A DNA stretch of 64,000 nucleotides from Tubiluchus corallicola (lineage: Eukaryota; Animalia; Priapulida). Under the pieces are notes generated by a model. That model was not told the origin of the DNA and did no database searches. It was given only the letters and a program-made list of their open reading frames with translations. Where the stretch lies: positions 496,001-560,000 of the forward strand of contig JAQGDQ010000110.1 of the NCBI GenBank assembly GCA_030141605.1, written 5' to 3'. Made by a program: the position numbers and the translations under genes. Of this stretch, positions 25,801-40,800 are shown piece after piece (positions within the stretch are counted from its first letter, which is position 1; the number at the start of each line of letters is the position of its first letter).

Positions 25801-28800
25801 ATTGCTGGCGAAGTAAGATCTAGGGGAGCGGAGCTACGATATGTTGGCGGTCCAGGTTAACATCATACATAAACAACAATTTATATAAATGCATCGTAGA
25901 TTTAAATGTTGCACGTGTGCAGAGGAAGAGGTTGTTGGCCATACCTAGCCAAATGTGTGAGGCACACAATGGACATCATTTTGTAATACAAATTCTCTGG
26001 TCTGCTGTTAAGCATAGAATGGTGCCATGCTGTAGAATATGAAAACTTCATTTCATCATTAGGCAAAAAACATGAGCTACACACTTTTCTGTGCATGTGC
26101 GGCATTTAAATTTATGGTGTGCGTAAAAGTAAACTGCCCAATGCACTATTTGGCAACAAAGAGATTTTGCTACCTGAGTTCATATATCTGACTGTTGTTT
26201 TAACTTCGTTTTTATTTAAAACGTAAAATACAAAGATGATAAACCAATGGATTTTGTAAATACAGTAGTCATTACTTGTATTTTTTAAAAGATTTGTGTA
26301 TTCGGCTATCTGTTGAATATTGTTTACCGCTCTAAGCGCTGCCAGCGCCATCTATCTACTAAAAATACAAACTCATACACGTCCCCCAGTTATTAACAAT
26401 TAGCAAAGATAATTGGAAATAACTTAATTCAAGACACATAACCTATGTGTGATTATACAGCCATGTTCAACTAACTCAGTGGTTATTACTGCCATTCAAC
26501 AAGTCTGTCACAGTGGTATCAATTATAGGCCTAAACACTATATAAATTCAGTTCCCAAGCACAAATGAAATTTTTAACAAATTAAACTGAAATTGTGAAT
26601 ACTTGTCCTTTAACAATATGGATACAAATTATCATGAAAGTTTTCCAAACGTAATACAACTGTAAGTTATTAATATTGTAATTGTTTTAAGTAAAAAACA
26701 ATTTTGAAACAACTTCATCAAATTAATCTTCTTCTATAAGACGACGAGGCGGTCTGACCTCCCTTCCACTCCTAGTCATTATCGGGTAACGATTGACATT
26801 ATTTAATGGCTCAGGTGGGATAACATCATTAACTGGTGGTGGAGCATTTTGTGGTTGAACCTTATCAGAACTGTCATTACTGTTATCTCCTACAACAGAA
26901 GGAAACTGAGAAACATATACAGAATGTGTTCGCCTTAAAAACTTCCTGTTTCTCGTCAAAACTCTACCACTAGAATCAAGTTTCACATAATATCTGCGAT
27001 ATCTACCTATTTCCACAATTGTGCCATAAATATCCACACTCATTAGTCACATGGTTTTGTACCACTACCTTGGTCCCTACACTAAGGGGAGGAAGAGACT
27101 TAGCATGACAATTGTAACGATCTTCTACTTGCCTATTTATCTTAGCAGCTTTTTCTTCAGCTAATTTAGTCGATTTTTGCCACTCAGGAGCAAATGAACG
27201 ATGATGGGCAGGCAAGGCATCCTGCACTGGATGACCAAACAAAATTTGAGCTGGACTCCTCCCATCAACGGTTGGAGTATTACGGTACTGTAACAGAGCC
27301 TGCGCATAATTGTCATTCTCCAAATTCATTGTTTGCTCATCCCAACACCTACAAATAATCTTTTTCATAGATTTGACCGCAGCTTCTGCTTTGCCATTGG
27401 AGGTAGGATAATGAGGTGAAGATGTATGGTGAACAACACCCATATGTATATCAGAAAATCTTGAAATAACTTGGAGGTAAATTCTGGACAGCCGTCAGAC
27501 CACCAATGAGTAGGTACACCCATGAGACAGAACAAATGCCTGAATGATTGAACAAGGTTGTAAGAATTACAATTTCGACCAAGTTCAAAAATTGAAGGCC
27601 AACTAGAAAAATGATCGACAGCTATGAGGAACTTAAATCCTGCATAACATCCAAAATTAGCAGAAACATGTTCGAATGGCCTACTTGCTTGAGGGTGCTT
27701 CATCATAGGCTCTTTCGTTTGAGATGGAAGCTCTCATTCACAATCTATACATAAACGGACAACATTCTCAATATCATTCGTAATATTATGCCAGTATACG
27801 ATTAGATGTGCACGCTCTTTAGTGCGCTCTATGCCCTGATGACCTTGATGTAAAAGTTTTAAGATTTTTACCCGAAGTGTCTGGGGAATGAGAATCCTGC
27901 ACCCTACAAGCAGTAAGTCATTATCAATTGACAGTTGCTCACGAACAGACCAATATTGCCGCAAGTTCAATTATAAAGCCGATTTACTATTGGGAAATCC
28001 ATGTCGGACAACATCGAGCAACTGCTGGTATTCTCGATCATCCTTAGCATGATCGTAGACCTCTTTAACTCTCAGGTCAATCTCACTATCCCTTAAATTA
28101 CAAATACGTATTGCATGAACTGTATTAGAAAAATCACTTTCTGCATGTTCATCATCCACCGTAGGGCGGAGAAATGGATAACGAGAAAGAGCATCAGCGG
28201 CTGAGTGAGCCTTACCTTGTAACCAAGAAGCCACATAATTATAAGGCATGAGCTTTGATTTGAGCCTTTGCAATCTTGGGTTCTCTGTCTCGTCAAGCTG
28301 TTTCTTATTCAATTTTGGTAACAGTGGCTTGTGATCAATTAGCAATTGAAATTTTGGCAAGCCTTGCAAAAAGATTTTGCATTTATTAACGGACCAAGCG
28401 ACTGCTAGCATTTCTAACTCAATAGTTGCATAGCGAGATTCTGCATCAGACAGGAACCTAGAACCAGCCTGAATTAATTTCCACGAACTATCAGCTTGTT
28501 GCTGTACCAAGATAAAACCTAAACCATTCAACCTAGATGCATTGGTTTATAATGCAGTAGGTTTTGATTGATCGTAAATTGCCAAAGTCGGGGGATTGGA
28601 CAATAATGCCTTTGCCTTATTGAAAGCTGCATCGTGTGTGGAATCCCACCAGAATTTGTTCTTACTACTAAGCAATGGCCATAAGGGATTCATTGCATCC
28701 GATACTGTATGCGTGAGGGATGACAACTGTTGTACCAAGCCATGGAACGCAGATCTGTTATGTTCTGAGGCGTAGGAAAATTCTGGATGGCCTCCACTAT

Positions 28801-31800
28801 AGCTGGATCAGTTCTATACCCTTTACTAGATAACTCAAAGCCAGCAAATTTGACCTTATCCTTACCACAGACAAACTTATCAGGATTTAATGCAATATTA
28901 CGATCTTTACACTGCTGCAGGAATTCTCTAAGATGAGCTGTACGGTTATTAATATCCTTATCATGAACAACCACATCATCTACTACCTTTCTAAAACCTT
29001 CGAGGCCTTCAAATGCCTCATCCATTCTTCTATAGTAGTGTTCACTTATTGAACATAATCCATAAGGAACTCTTAAATACTTGTAACGACCAAATGGGGT
29101 CATAAAACACGTCAAATCTTGACTTGAAGCTTCTAATGGAATCTGCCCTTTTTTAGCATCTAATATGCTAAAAATTTTGGCATTTTCTTCACAAATATCA
29201 GCAACAGCTTGAGCTGGTGTGGGAGACTGATACCTCTCACGCTTAACAAACTCATTTAGTTTTGACAAGTCTACGCATAGGCGAATATCATCAGATTCCT
29301 TTTTAGGAGTCACTACAATTGGGGCACACCATGGGGTTGGATAGGGTACTTTTTCTGTGATACCCTGATCTTCACGTTTCTTTAAATGTTCCTTTAACTT
29401 ACTCTCGTACACATATGGCATACGTCTTGGTGCCTTTACACAAAATGGAACAACATTATCTACAAGAGTAATGTTAAATACTTCACCAGGCATTGGCCGT
29501 ACAATTCCATCAAATACAGTTTGGAACTCTTGCATTAACATGGTTCTCATATCATGCTCATTGTGAATCCTATTAGTACTACTACAAGATATTTTTGGGA
29601 TTTGTTCAGGGTAATTTTTCGGTATAAGACCTAAATCACGGGCACATGACCAAGATAATGCTAGCCCTTCCATTCTTGGTATTACATGCAATGTTTCATG
29701 AACACTGACATCACCTAATTTAAAAATGACAGGCAAATTTCCAATTGTGTGGACCTTACGTCCATCTATGCACTCTGGTGCCTCAATCGGGTCACGTAAA
29801 TTGAATTGAGATTCATTTAATTGTCTTAGCACCGCTAGACTAGCACAACATATGTCAGCACCAGTATCTGGACATGCACGGATATTAAAACTACCATTTT
29901 TTGTCTGAACAAGCACTGAGATTCTTGGAGCATGCTCTACATTAATATTATGTATACAGACACAATGAAGTTTTGATTGTGACTTTTCTCTCTCACATTT
30001 CTTATTCGTAGAATTCTTTGCCTTGCTATGGCACATTGAAGACCAATGACCCCTTGCACCACATAGATTGCACATGCTGCGAAATGCAGGGCACCGTCTG
30101 ATTGGGTGACTCTTTCCACACCGAGAACAATGTTGAATCATTTTTTGGCTGCTCTTTTCTACGGGATTAACCATGAATTTATTTTTACCACGTGCAGTAG
30201 ATTGTTTTGCATTGGCAAATTTGTCTTTTGCACCGCTTCATTAACGACTAACACATTTACAGTGTTGCCTTGTTGTATGGAGTCTCGATTTTGTTTGGCA
30301 GATTCCAGAGTCAGACACAATGTGGCTGCATCATTAAGTTATGTTGTGCGTCGACAAAAGTTTCTGGATAGTTTCCCCAACTCGAAGACCCGTGACAATT
30401 CTATCTCGAATCAACGAGTCATGTAGATCTCCAAACGCGCATGACTTAGCCAACTGTCTCAATTCACATAAATATTTGTTGAAAGACTCGCTTTTCTGCT
30501 GTGATCGTAAGAAAAATGTGCACCGCTCGATTACCAGATTGACACGACCGCGGGCATGTTCCTCTAGCCTACGCAAAATTCTAGCTACATTATGTCTTTG
30601 ATCTGCTGCTAACCCAAGATTCTCAATGGTTCTGAGTGTATCATCAGACACATTGACAATTAGTGCATTGTATTGAGTTTGCTCAGTCTGATTTGCAAGA
30701 CCAGATAGCCTAACATACGCGTCCCACTTTACTTTCCAAGTACGAAATGCTTCTGCCCTATGTACGGATAAGTCTAACAATGCCGGCCGTGTAATAGCAG
30801 CTGAATGTAAGTAAAATCTCGGCTCTGCATTATGATGTGGGTTTGGATTGGCCAACCCGTCAACATTACCAACATCACCATTATTAATATTAGCGTCCGC
30901 CATTCTAACTATTCTAAATTAATTGTGAACTTATCTCACTGGTAGATTCAGGAAGCTTTAGTCCTATTATGACGAACAACACACGAATGGTATGTTCAAA
31001 TTATTCGGCGATTAAAGTTTAGCACAACTCGCTCAATACTGATTTGCACATGCTAAAGTCACCAAACCTAAATCCATTTGCATCTTGCATCCTGTCGACT
31101 GCGCCATGTTTTAACTTCGTTTTTATTTAAAACGTAAAATACAAAGATGATAAAGCAATGGATTTTGTAAATACAGTAGTCATTACTTGTATTTTTTAAA
31201 AGATTTGTTCACATGTGTATTCGGCTATCTGTTGAATATTGCTTACCGCTCTAAGCGCTGCCAGCGCCATCTATCCACTAAAATACAAACTCATACCACT
31301 GTTATGAGACTTGCAGCTAACTATCATTTGTAAGTATGTGTTTATATTTTTTAGTTGATGATGGAATTAACCCATAATTTACTGAATTTTTTTAAACAAA
31401 ACCTGACCAAAGGGATTGAAACATGAACGTGGATATAAACCGGAAACCTATGAATTGCTCGATGAATGCTATTACCACTAAGCCACCCCTTATGATCAAG
31501 TCACTAAATGAATATTTTGATCATTACCTTTTTCCTAGAGAGACCCAGCATCACGACTTTACCAATTCACCAAGAAGCTCGTCCTGGTGACACCGTCTTG
31601 CTGCACTGTGAAACTGATGGAAGTCCTTCCCCGCAAGTAACTTGGACGAAGGATAACGGTCCTTTACCGGACTTTGGCCGTATGACAGTCCTACGTAACA
31701 ATAGTTTAGAAGTACAGTTTGTGCTGCCTGAAGATGCTGGACTGTACACGTGTACAGCGACAAACATACATGGTTCTGTGTCAGGAAGTGCTCACATCAG

Positions 31801-34800
31801 AGTCTATGGTATGTGTATAGTTTGATTATTTTTGCAGACTAATAGATTTTCGCAGACTGATTTGTTGAAAAAGCAACTGCAGAAAAAACTGTTAAAAATC
31901 TATGCAAATTGCTAACGAAATTTGCTGAAGAGAGATGCATGTACGTACATTTATAAGTGGTTAAAACATCTCTGCCAGTTCAGCATGTCAGGTCAAAGAA
32001 TTATTTTCTTTGACACGTTATCAACTTTTGCAGTATAACAAAGGTCATCTGTCATGGTCATCTTGGATTCTTGCATTTGTTTTCTGACTTTGTCATATGC
32101 TACAGCACTGGTTGTTTCATATTTATATTCAATTTGATGCATTGCAAACTGTAGCCAGCTGTCTGGCAGGGTATCAGGGACCATGGCTTTGGTAGGACTA
32201 TGAAAAATAATCCTTTGACCTGACATGCTGAACTGGCAGAGATATTTAGCTACTTCCAAAATGTATGCAAGTGCATTTCTCTTCAGCAAATTTTTAAATC
32301 TGGAGCATTCAAAAACAAGGTTGCTGTTTTTGTAAGTCAGTTTCAAATTGTAGTATTGAAATTGTTGAACCAATGGTTTCATTCATTTGATAAAGGTTGT
32401 AACTCTGCCGAAGTATTCCACTATAAATCATGGTTGAATAAAAAAAGTGTTGTTAGACGCTTTGCACTATTTTGATCTTGATTTTTGTTCACATTTACTT
32501 AAACTAATAAGTTTTGTAAATGTATCAACAGCCTAAGCTTATGATAATCCTGGGTATTTTATTTGTGCATTATAGTTTTTGCTATAGCTAAACTATAACT
32601 TTAATTTCTTTTGCTTGTATCAAGCTGCACCAGTTTTAACGGAGGAGCCACGTGGGCAACAGATGATACAAGGAGAAACAGCAGATTTTAAATGTTATTC
32701 TACTGGATATCCTCGCCCGACTACGTCGTGGTACTTTAACGGTAAGCAAAACTTAAGATCACTCTGATTTCCACTTCATATTATGTACGTCTTCACTCTT
32801 CATGTAAAGACACTTTATTGTGCAATTTTCATTTTTCAAAGCCACTAGCATAGGCATTGTAGCATACTTTTTTGTACTATATGGTATGTGGCCTTCAGAA
32901 CAAAGCTGGCGTCCAATGCATTTATTTGAAAGTCTTTGTGGTTATATTGAAATATTTGCTAAAGTACTGAAAACAAATGGAATAAGCATTTCTGCTATGG
33001 CACTGCTTAAATTTAACTTTGTGCTTCATTCAAACGCTTGCTTGAAGTACAGATATTTTTGGGTTCTGGCATGCAGCGATAGGTCATGACTAGTTAACTT
33101 GTGTTCTTCGTAGGTGTGTTGGGAGCTATTGTAGACCAACCATTTCCCAGATGAGCTTTCTAGACCTGATGTTATTACCAGTTGACTTGTTTAGGGACAT
33201 AACTGGGGCTTGGGAGCTTGTGGGGTTATCATAACAAGTTACTACAGGTGTATTTCTTATGTTGTGGAAAGTTACTACAGGTGTATTTCTTGTATTGTAA
33301 AAAGTTACTACAGGTGTATTTCTTATGTAAGTCATAATTGTATAACAAGTTTGAAAGTGTACTTAGAAAGAATGAAACATTTTACATAAACAAATAGTTT
33401 ATTAGTAAAATAAAGCAAGATTTAAAACATGTGCACCAACTTTCTATTTACATCATCAGAGGTAAAACACCTCAAATGCATAGTACAGAATTTTTACAGA
33501 AGTTGGGAGTGAACAGATGCTTTTACTGAGTAGGGAGGCATTTGTAAGAACTAGTGGGTAGAACCGCAGGGTGGACTGAGAATTCCTTCAAATGTTGAAA
33601 TTAGGTTTTCGAAGGCAATGGACGTAGCTGTATATTGTTTTCTCAGTTAGATAAGAAATTTCCATATATCCTCATGTCTTTATCGTCAAGAATTTATTAA
33701 CTTTATGTAAAATTTTTTGTTTGACATTTTTTACTATTTGAAACCAGGTGAGCGTATACCTGAGACTAACCCACGGTATGACTTCATCTCAGACGGTACT
33801 TTAATACGACTTGCTCTGCTCACTCTTGGAGATACTGGAACGTATGAATGCCGAGTCGAGAACTCATTGGGTTTAGTAAGAGCATCTGCTAGACTTGTTG
33901 TTCGACCAAAAAGTAAGTCAAAACTTAAACATCAAATACACAATGTAACTACTTTCCTCATCTCTATTGACCTTCATAATTGGATACGGTATGTAACATA
34001 TGTATTTTCATGTACTGAATCTTATGAACAGGACGAATACCCTTGCAACACACCTATTATTAGTAAGTTGCAAGTATATCTGCAGTCATGTTTTTATCTT
34101 AACACTGCCCTTACATTAATTTACTTCTGTGCTTTTTTATAACTTGCTTCCATTCTTATTGTATTGCTTTAAATAAGCCTGATTACCAAAAAATGATTTT
34201 AATTTATTGTAATGCTCTTGTGAGTTTTTTATCCTCTTGTATTTCCATGTTTACTTTTGATTTTTATAGTAAGACCAGAGTTTATAATAACACCAAGTGA
34301 TATGACTACTCGACCCCAAGTTGACATTACACTGCTCTGCTCAGCAAGGGGCATTCCGGAACCAAATGTACGGTGGATGAAGGGTGAAAAACTAATCCAT
34401 CCTGATGAAAAATTCAAGTAAGTAGTCCTTCTTGATTGCCACTGATGAATCTGTAAGCAATTTTATCTTTTATTTGTTTGGTTTCATTACATAAACAAAT
34501 AACTAACATATTAGGTAGATGAGTTATCATAGTGTGTGCTTAGTAGCTAAACTGTGTAGCTAATCTGTACTGGAGCTTAACAGTAAATGTATGGATGACT
34601 GCTGAAAAACTATACCGCTGTCAGTTGTTTGTCTTGCTAAATCAGTCTAAATGAAAACATTTTTGCCAGCTTATTATTTCCTCTTAGAACTGTGTTTTTG
34701 ATAACAAATGAGGTTCCATCCATCCAAAATTATTAGCAGGCCCTGCTATTAAGGGATGGATTTTAGTGCATGAACTTGCGAAACTCATCAACCAACCGTG

Positions 34801-37800
34801 TTTCAGGGTGAGTCCTGAAGGCTATCTCACTATAATCAATGTGGAGGAAGACGATGCCGGTCATTATTTCTGTGCAGCAGAAAATTCAGAAGGATATGCA
34901 ACCACTGATATGTTTTTAACTGTCACAGGTTAGTGTATAATCTATGTTTAATGTACTTTCTGAGTGATTTCATGATAGGATGACTTGACATATGACTGTT
35001 GATTGGGCAAATAGGTTGCTCAGTCAGTGATACATGCACAAATAATAATAACATTCTTTTCTACAAACCTATTATTTGTATTTCTAAACATCATTTCTGA
35101 CATCAAACATATTTTATTTTTGATGAACTGATAAATGTATGTTTGTGATTTCTAAATTTTTCCTCTGATACAGGAAGACATACAGATTATTCGGCAAACG
35201 ACAATCTAGTTTTAATGTCAGTTGATGACGCTATTGCTGCTGTAGATCGTGCAATTAATAACACTCTACAGTACGTATTTGATGAACATCGGTCTAGAAC
35301 ACCTCACGACTTGCTTAATGTTGTCAGGTTTCCCACGTCAGGAGCATTACAGTTAGGAAGGTAGGCAAAATGCAGCTGTTTTCACTAAACTCTGTTTTCT
35401 CGATTTAGTTTGGTTTTTCAATTGCTAACAGAAGTTTGGTTAGCCATGCTTAAGTAAGGTGTTGTAAAACAGTATTTGGCTAGCTGGTTGGATACTTGAA
35501 CAGATGTTGTGCAGCAGAATGTCTGATTATCAAGTGTGGTAAAGAGTAAACAGCTTCCTAGATTTTATTTAAAGAAATTTGTTCTTCTTAGTCTGGGAAC
35601 TCCACAATTATCTTGTGCAGTTATGGCTTTGTTGTGCGTACTGTAAAGTTTTTCTTGTTTAGTAACATAAAAACATAAACACTGTTGCCGTGCATAAATC
35701 CTGTGTCCCGCTTTGGTGTGTTATTAAATGATCCGCCTTTGTTTACATGTATTTATAGAAAGACTTGTTTGGGTTTTTTGTCTAGATCAGCAGAGATATT
35801 TGAGAGAGCGCTGAGCTTAATTGAACACACAGTGGCTGAGCGACAGTTTGCAGTTCCTGAAGCAGGTAGGCTATGGCAGATTGGTTAATTTTTAGTGATG
35901 CTGACACTTTCAGCACTTCTTATTCCAATATTTGAAGACTTCAGCCTGATGTGAGTGCACCTGCTAAAAACAATTAGTGTAAGAGTGGTTGGGATGGGCA
36001 AAGGATATTGAATTAGGCATCCAAGATCAGGGCAATTAGTGAGTGCGAATGGGAAGACAATATGTGCTGTAGGCTACTTTTGGCAGTGACAGTTACTGAG
36101 CTCAGCTTCTATATAAGTGCCAAATATAGGTGCAAAGTATTATGCAACAGGTAGTTTCGCAAACTATTTTAAAGTAAAATGCTATGAAAATACATGTAAT
36201 TAATACTGACCACGTAGAAACTAGTTTAATAATGTGTCTAACACACCACAAGTAATCGTTTGATCTGTTCTCTGCATAAACAACCATAAACTTCACTGTA
36301 AGGATGGGCAGGGCAAAACTATCAGCCCAGGGCATCGTAAAGTCTTGATGTGCCCCTGCAAATGGGACCTTGTAATTCAACAGACATACTCATTCAGCAT
36401 ATTAAAATTATTAAACTATTTAGTGACTCTTTCTATCATGATTTACATGACAGCGTCTGGCTATGTTGCCGTTTATTTTTTAAAGTGTTTTAACTGCAGT
36501 GCATAGAGTTATCTTTTTTATGATTTGTCCATAGAGTTTAGTTACGATAACGTGCTGTCACCATCAACAGTCAATCTCATTGCCAATCTCTCTGGATGTG
36601 CAACGTATCATCCGATGGTCGATTGCTCTGACATGTGCTACCATTCTAAGTATCGATCATTTGACGGCACCTGCAACAATCTACAGCATCCAATGAGAGG
36701 TGCTTCTCTCACTCCGTTTCGCCGAGTTCTGTCTGCCGCATATGAAAATGGTCTGAACACTCCCATTGGTGGGTGATTTTCTCTCAAATATTTAGCTCTA
36801 TCAAGTCAGTCTTTTCTCTACTATGCATTGTAAAAATTAATGAAACAAGCAGCCATTCATTTTAGCTTCTCAGTTTCAATTTTTTGCTTTTTTGAAACTT
36901 TTTGACGTTCTGGTGTTCTTCGCACTACTTCGGGCACTCTAACTAACATACCAAGGCACACAGCAGGATTAATAGCAATGATTGTTATAAGCATTCAATA
37001 TCTTTTGTGTCATTGCCATTGCAGCTGGATAACTTAAGCCCTGATTGCCACTCTAATGTTTCCCTTGTATTGTTTGGCTCAGGTTGGAATCGTGAGAAGC
37101 GGTACAATGGTTTTCTGAAACCCGATGCAAGAAAGGTATCAGTGGAAATACTGGCAGCTTCTTCTGTCTCGTTTGATGAAGAGTAGGTGAATTTATTCAT
37201 TTTTTCCCTTACTGTCATTTATTCGTGACATTTTTATACATGATACATAATAAAAATGAGCAAGTTTTTTAGTTTTGTAAATGGGAACATCTAAATTAGT
37301 TTAGATGTACAGTGATAGAAAGTGGCAACTATTAGGTTTGAAGATGAAGAGATAGAGAAAACTGAGAGAACGGAAATTTGGAACAGAATACCTTGCTATT
37401 TTAACTGATTTCAATAAATAATTTATAACTTACCTAGTTCATTTTTCTTGTTCCCAAACAAGATCCTGCTCGTAAATCACTTTATGCACAGACTAATGCA
37501 TAACTAACTAAAGTCCATGTAGAACAACTGAACTTACTGAACTGATGTGGCAGACGGCTTTGTTTTATCCACATGTCATGTGACAGTGCTTTTTATTTTA
37601 ATTTGTTGTTGTAAATAATATTGTCTGAGGAACTGATCATTTTTGCAGTTATTCTCACTTACTGATGACCTGGGGTCAGTTTCTTGACCACGACTTGGAC
37701 TTTGCAGCAGGATCAGTTAGCAGAGAGTCGTTTGCTACAGGTATACCCTGCAAGGAAGGCTGCGTCAATGAGGCACCATGTTTTCCTGTCTCAATCTCAC

Positions 37801-40800
37801 CCGATGATCACAGGTGTTTATAATTACTTATGACTGCTGAACACGCAAAGTTAACTTAATAGTTTTTTACCTTTATTACAAATAGTTCTATGTAAATTTG
37901 CTAAAAATAAGATAAGATACACTTTATTTCAGGTAAAAGCCCATTATATCAACCCACACATACAATGAAAACTGATACATATGTACAATAACTACCACGT
38001 CACACACACATAAAATACTACCATAATAAATTATTTACAGATAAAACATTTGGCAAAACACATGTACCAGATCTAAAGATTTAAAATTAATAGTCTGCTG
38101 GTTACAGGTGATTTATGGAGTATTGATAAATTTTAGATAAAAAGATATTATTGATGTGATATCAAAATTTCAATGAGCGGTAAGCTTTCTTAAAGAAAGA
38201 CAGGACTATTTTTCTTATACTACCCCATTTTCAAGTCAGATAAAAGTATACATTTTAACACAGTTAATATTGCAAAAGCGTTTCTGATAATTAAATAAAA
38301 TTAAAAACTTAATTAACGATGGGCGAGCTCAACTGTTGATGACATCACAAAGTAACATTATTTTGAAACAGCAAAAATATTCCACGAGTGTGTTGCACGT
38401 GTTTGTGAAAGTGAAAATTAGAGTACAGTGCCACTGACTGTAAGAGATTCAGCGTGTTGTACTAAAACTATGTAAATTTTAAGATGAAAATTCAAATTTC
38501 AAATTTACCTCTGTGCTCATGCATAGGCTGTCGACCTTGTGTAGTTTGTCACAAACTAACACCTCCGAACTGAGAGGTGCAGTTTCCAAAATGCAGGCGC
38601 TAGTGCCCATCTAACTAGTGAATGGCAAAACGCATGTAACAGCGAAGAACTAGTGGCGTGAACACGAAATTGTGTTTGTGTGGTAATAATTACTTTATGT
38701 AAGTCATTTTTGAAAAAAATAGTTTGTTCCCTTTCACTGTTTTACAGTAGATTGTTTTGACCTACAGTTTAAGATTATGTCCAGTTTTGCTTTAAGGTTT
38801 ATGTAAATTTTGGCATTTACTCAAGTTTTAGTGTTTTTTCATATTGGGGGCTGTGCTTTTGATTGGGTGTATAAGTCACATGTCAAGCTTGCTTAATAAC
38901 TTAGATATTAGGTTCATTAGGTCTGTGAATAATAATTGCTAAACCGTCAACCATCATTTGTTAGCTTCTCTATTCTGTTATAGCTAATGCATGCACGATC
39001 TCTTGAATCTTGACACTTTTCCTTTGAACATGTACAGTTGTCGGATGACATATTCTCCAAGCTACTCTTATCGCTATTTTGTTAAACCTTTCTATGTGAG
39101 ATTTTCAGTCTTGTTAATATTTTGTATTTTGTTTAATTCAGGTTACATCATCGAGGTCGGTGCATGGAAGTGATTCGTTCAGCAGCTGTTTGCGGGACTG
39201 GTGCTACGTCAGTGTTTTTTGACAAAGTGATGCCGCGGGAACAGATTAATCAAATCACTGCATTTATTGATGGCTCAAGCATCTATGGTAGTTCTAAGGG
39301 ACTTGCCGCTGAGTTAAGAGATGTTCGTGGCGAACGAGGTCTGCTGCACGTTGGCGAGGTCTCCGACGACGGCAATGCATTCCTTCCCTTTAATTCTCGC
39401 TTTCCAGTTGATTGTCAGAGAGACGAACACCGCAGTAACATTCCCTGTTTCTTGGCTGGTGATTTTCGAGTAAACGAAAACTTGGGTTTGACAGCAATGC
39501 ACACTATATGGACTCGAGAGCATAATCGCATTGCAACTGAACTGCTCATCCTGAACCCTCATTGGGATGGAGACATGCTGTTCCACGAGGCACGTAAGAT
39601 TGTTGGCGCTCAACTGCAGCACATAACTTATCATTACTGGCTTCCAAAAATAATTGGGCCAAAGGGCATGATGATGATGGGTCAATATAAAGGCTATGAT
39701 CCCAGCGTGGATCCAAGCATCGCTAATGTTTTTGCTACGGCTGCATTTCGGTTTGGCCATGCATTGATTAATCCAATATTGTATCGCCTTAATGAGACAT
39801 TTGAGCCTATTCCCGAGGGCAACCTTCCTCTTCATAGAGCTTTCTTTTCCCCATTTAGACTGATTGAGGATGGAGGAGTAGATCCCGTATTGAGAGGTCT
39901 CTTCGGCAGAGCTGTAAAAGATGTTCGCCCTGGTGAGTGATTTATTGTAATCTCTAAAGTTCTCTGTAATAGTATGTATGTATATATTACTGGGCAGACT
40001 CTTTAGTTTGTTTACATTTGCTCGACAGACTGTAAAATCTATTGTTAGTCTGGTTAGGTCTCATTTGGGATTAACTCTGCAACAGTGCAATAACTCTGGG
40101 ATTCCTAAACAGTTTGTTTGTGGTCATGGTACACAATAGCTTTTTGAAAATCCAGTTTTTCCCTCAGGTTTCTAACATGTGGAATTATCTATCAGAAAGT
40201 TTTTTCGCTGAAAACCACAACCTTGCTTCACGAAAAATACCAGTTCTATTTCTTTGTACATGTATTCATGTTTGTACCTTTCTACTGCAGTTATATACCT
40301 TACCTTGGCCGGCCATTGGCCTTTATTTCTTATTTGGGGCATTTATTCAAAAATTGCCTTTTTTGCAAGATGATCAAGCAATTTGCAACTTGTGTTTCTA
40401 TGCTGTTCATTTTAGATCAAATGATGAACATGGAATTGATAGACCACTTATTTGAGATGGCACATGACGTGGCATTGGATCTAGGCTCTTTGAATGTGCA
40501 GCGGGGTCGAGACCATGGCCTCCCGCCGTACAACGATTGGAGAGAACACTGTGGCTGGGGAAGAGCTGAGACTTTTGATGATCTCGCACTAGAAATTGAT
40601 AGTATTGAAATAAGACGAAAGCTTGAAGCAGTTTATGGACATCCCGGTAAGAAATTTGACAAATTTCTACATAATGTGGACACTTTATGATGAGTTATTT
40701 AGTCAGCATTAGTAATTTAACAAATTTGGGGCAAATTGGGTTGCTTTAGCTATGTAGTTCCAAATTATGAAATTTTGTCTCTACTATGTTGATCTGTAAT

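Larger units (their letters stand above)
26196..31297 (-). mobile_element. Ty3/Gypsy LTR retrotransposon (Mag-like), full length but frameshifted, antisense in the peroxidasin intron after coding exon 9
   Basis: Direct LTRs 26196-26379 and 31107-31297; 5-bp TSD ACTGT at 26191-26195 and 31298-31302; tRNA-Ser PBS at 31089-31106; purine-rich tract next to the 3' LTR; domain order gag, double Zn knuckle, PR, RT, RH, IN. Confidence 0.95.
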
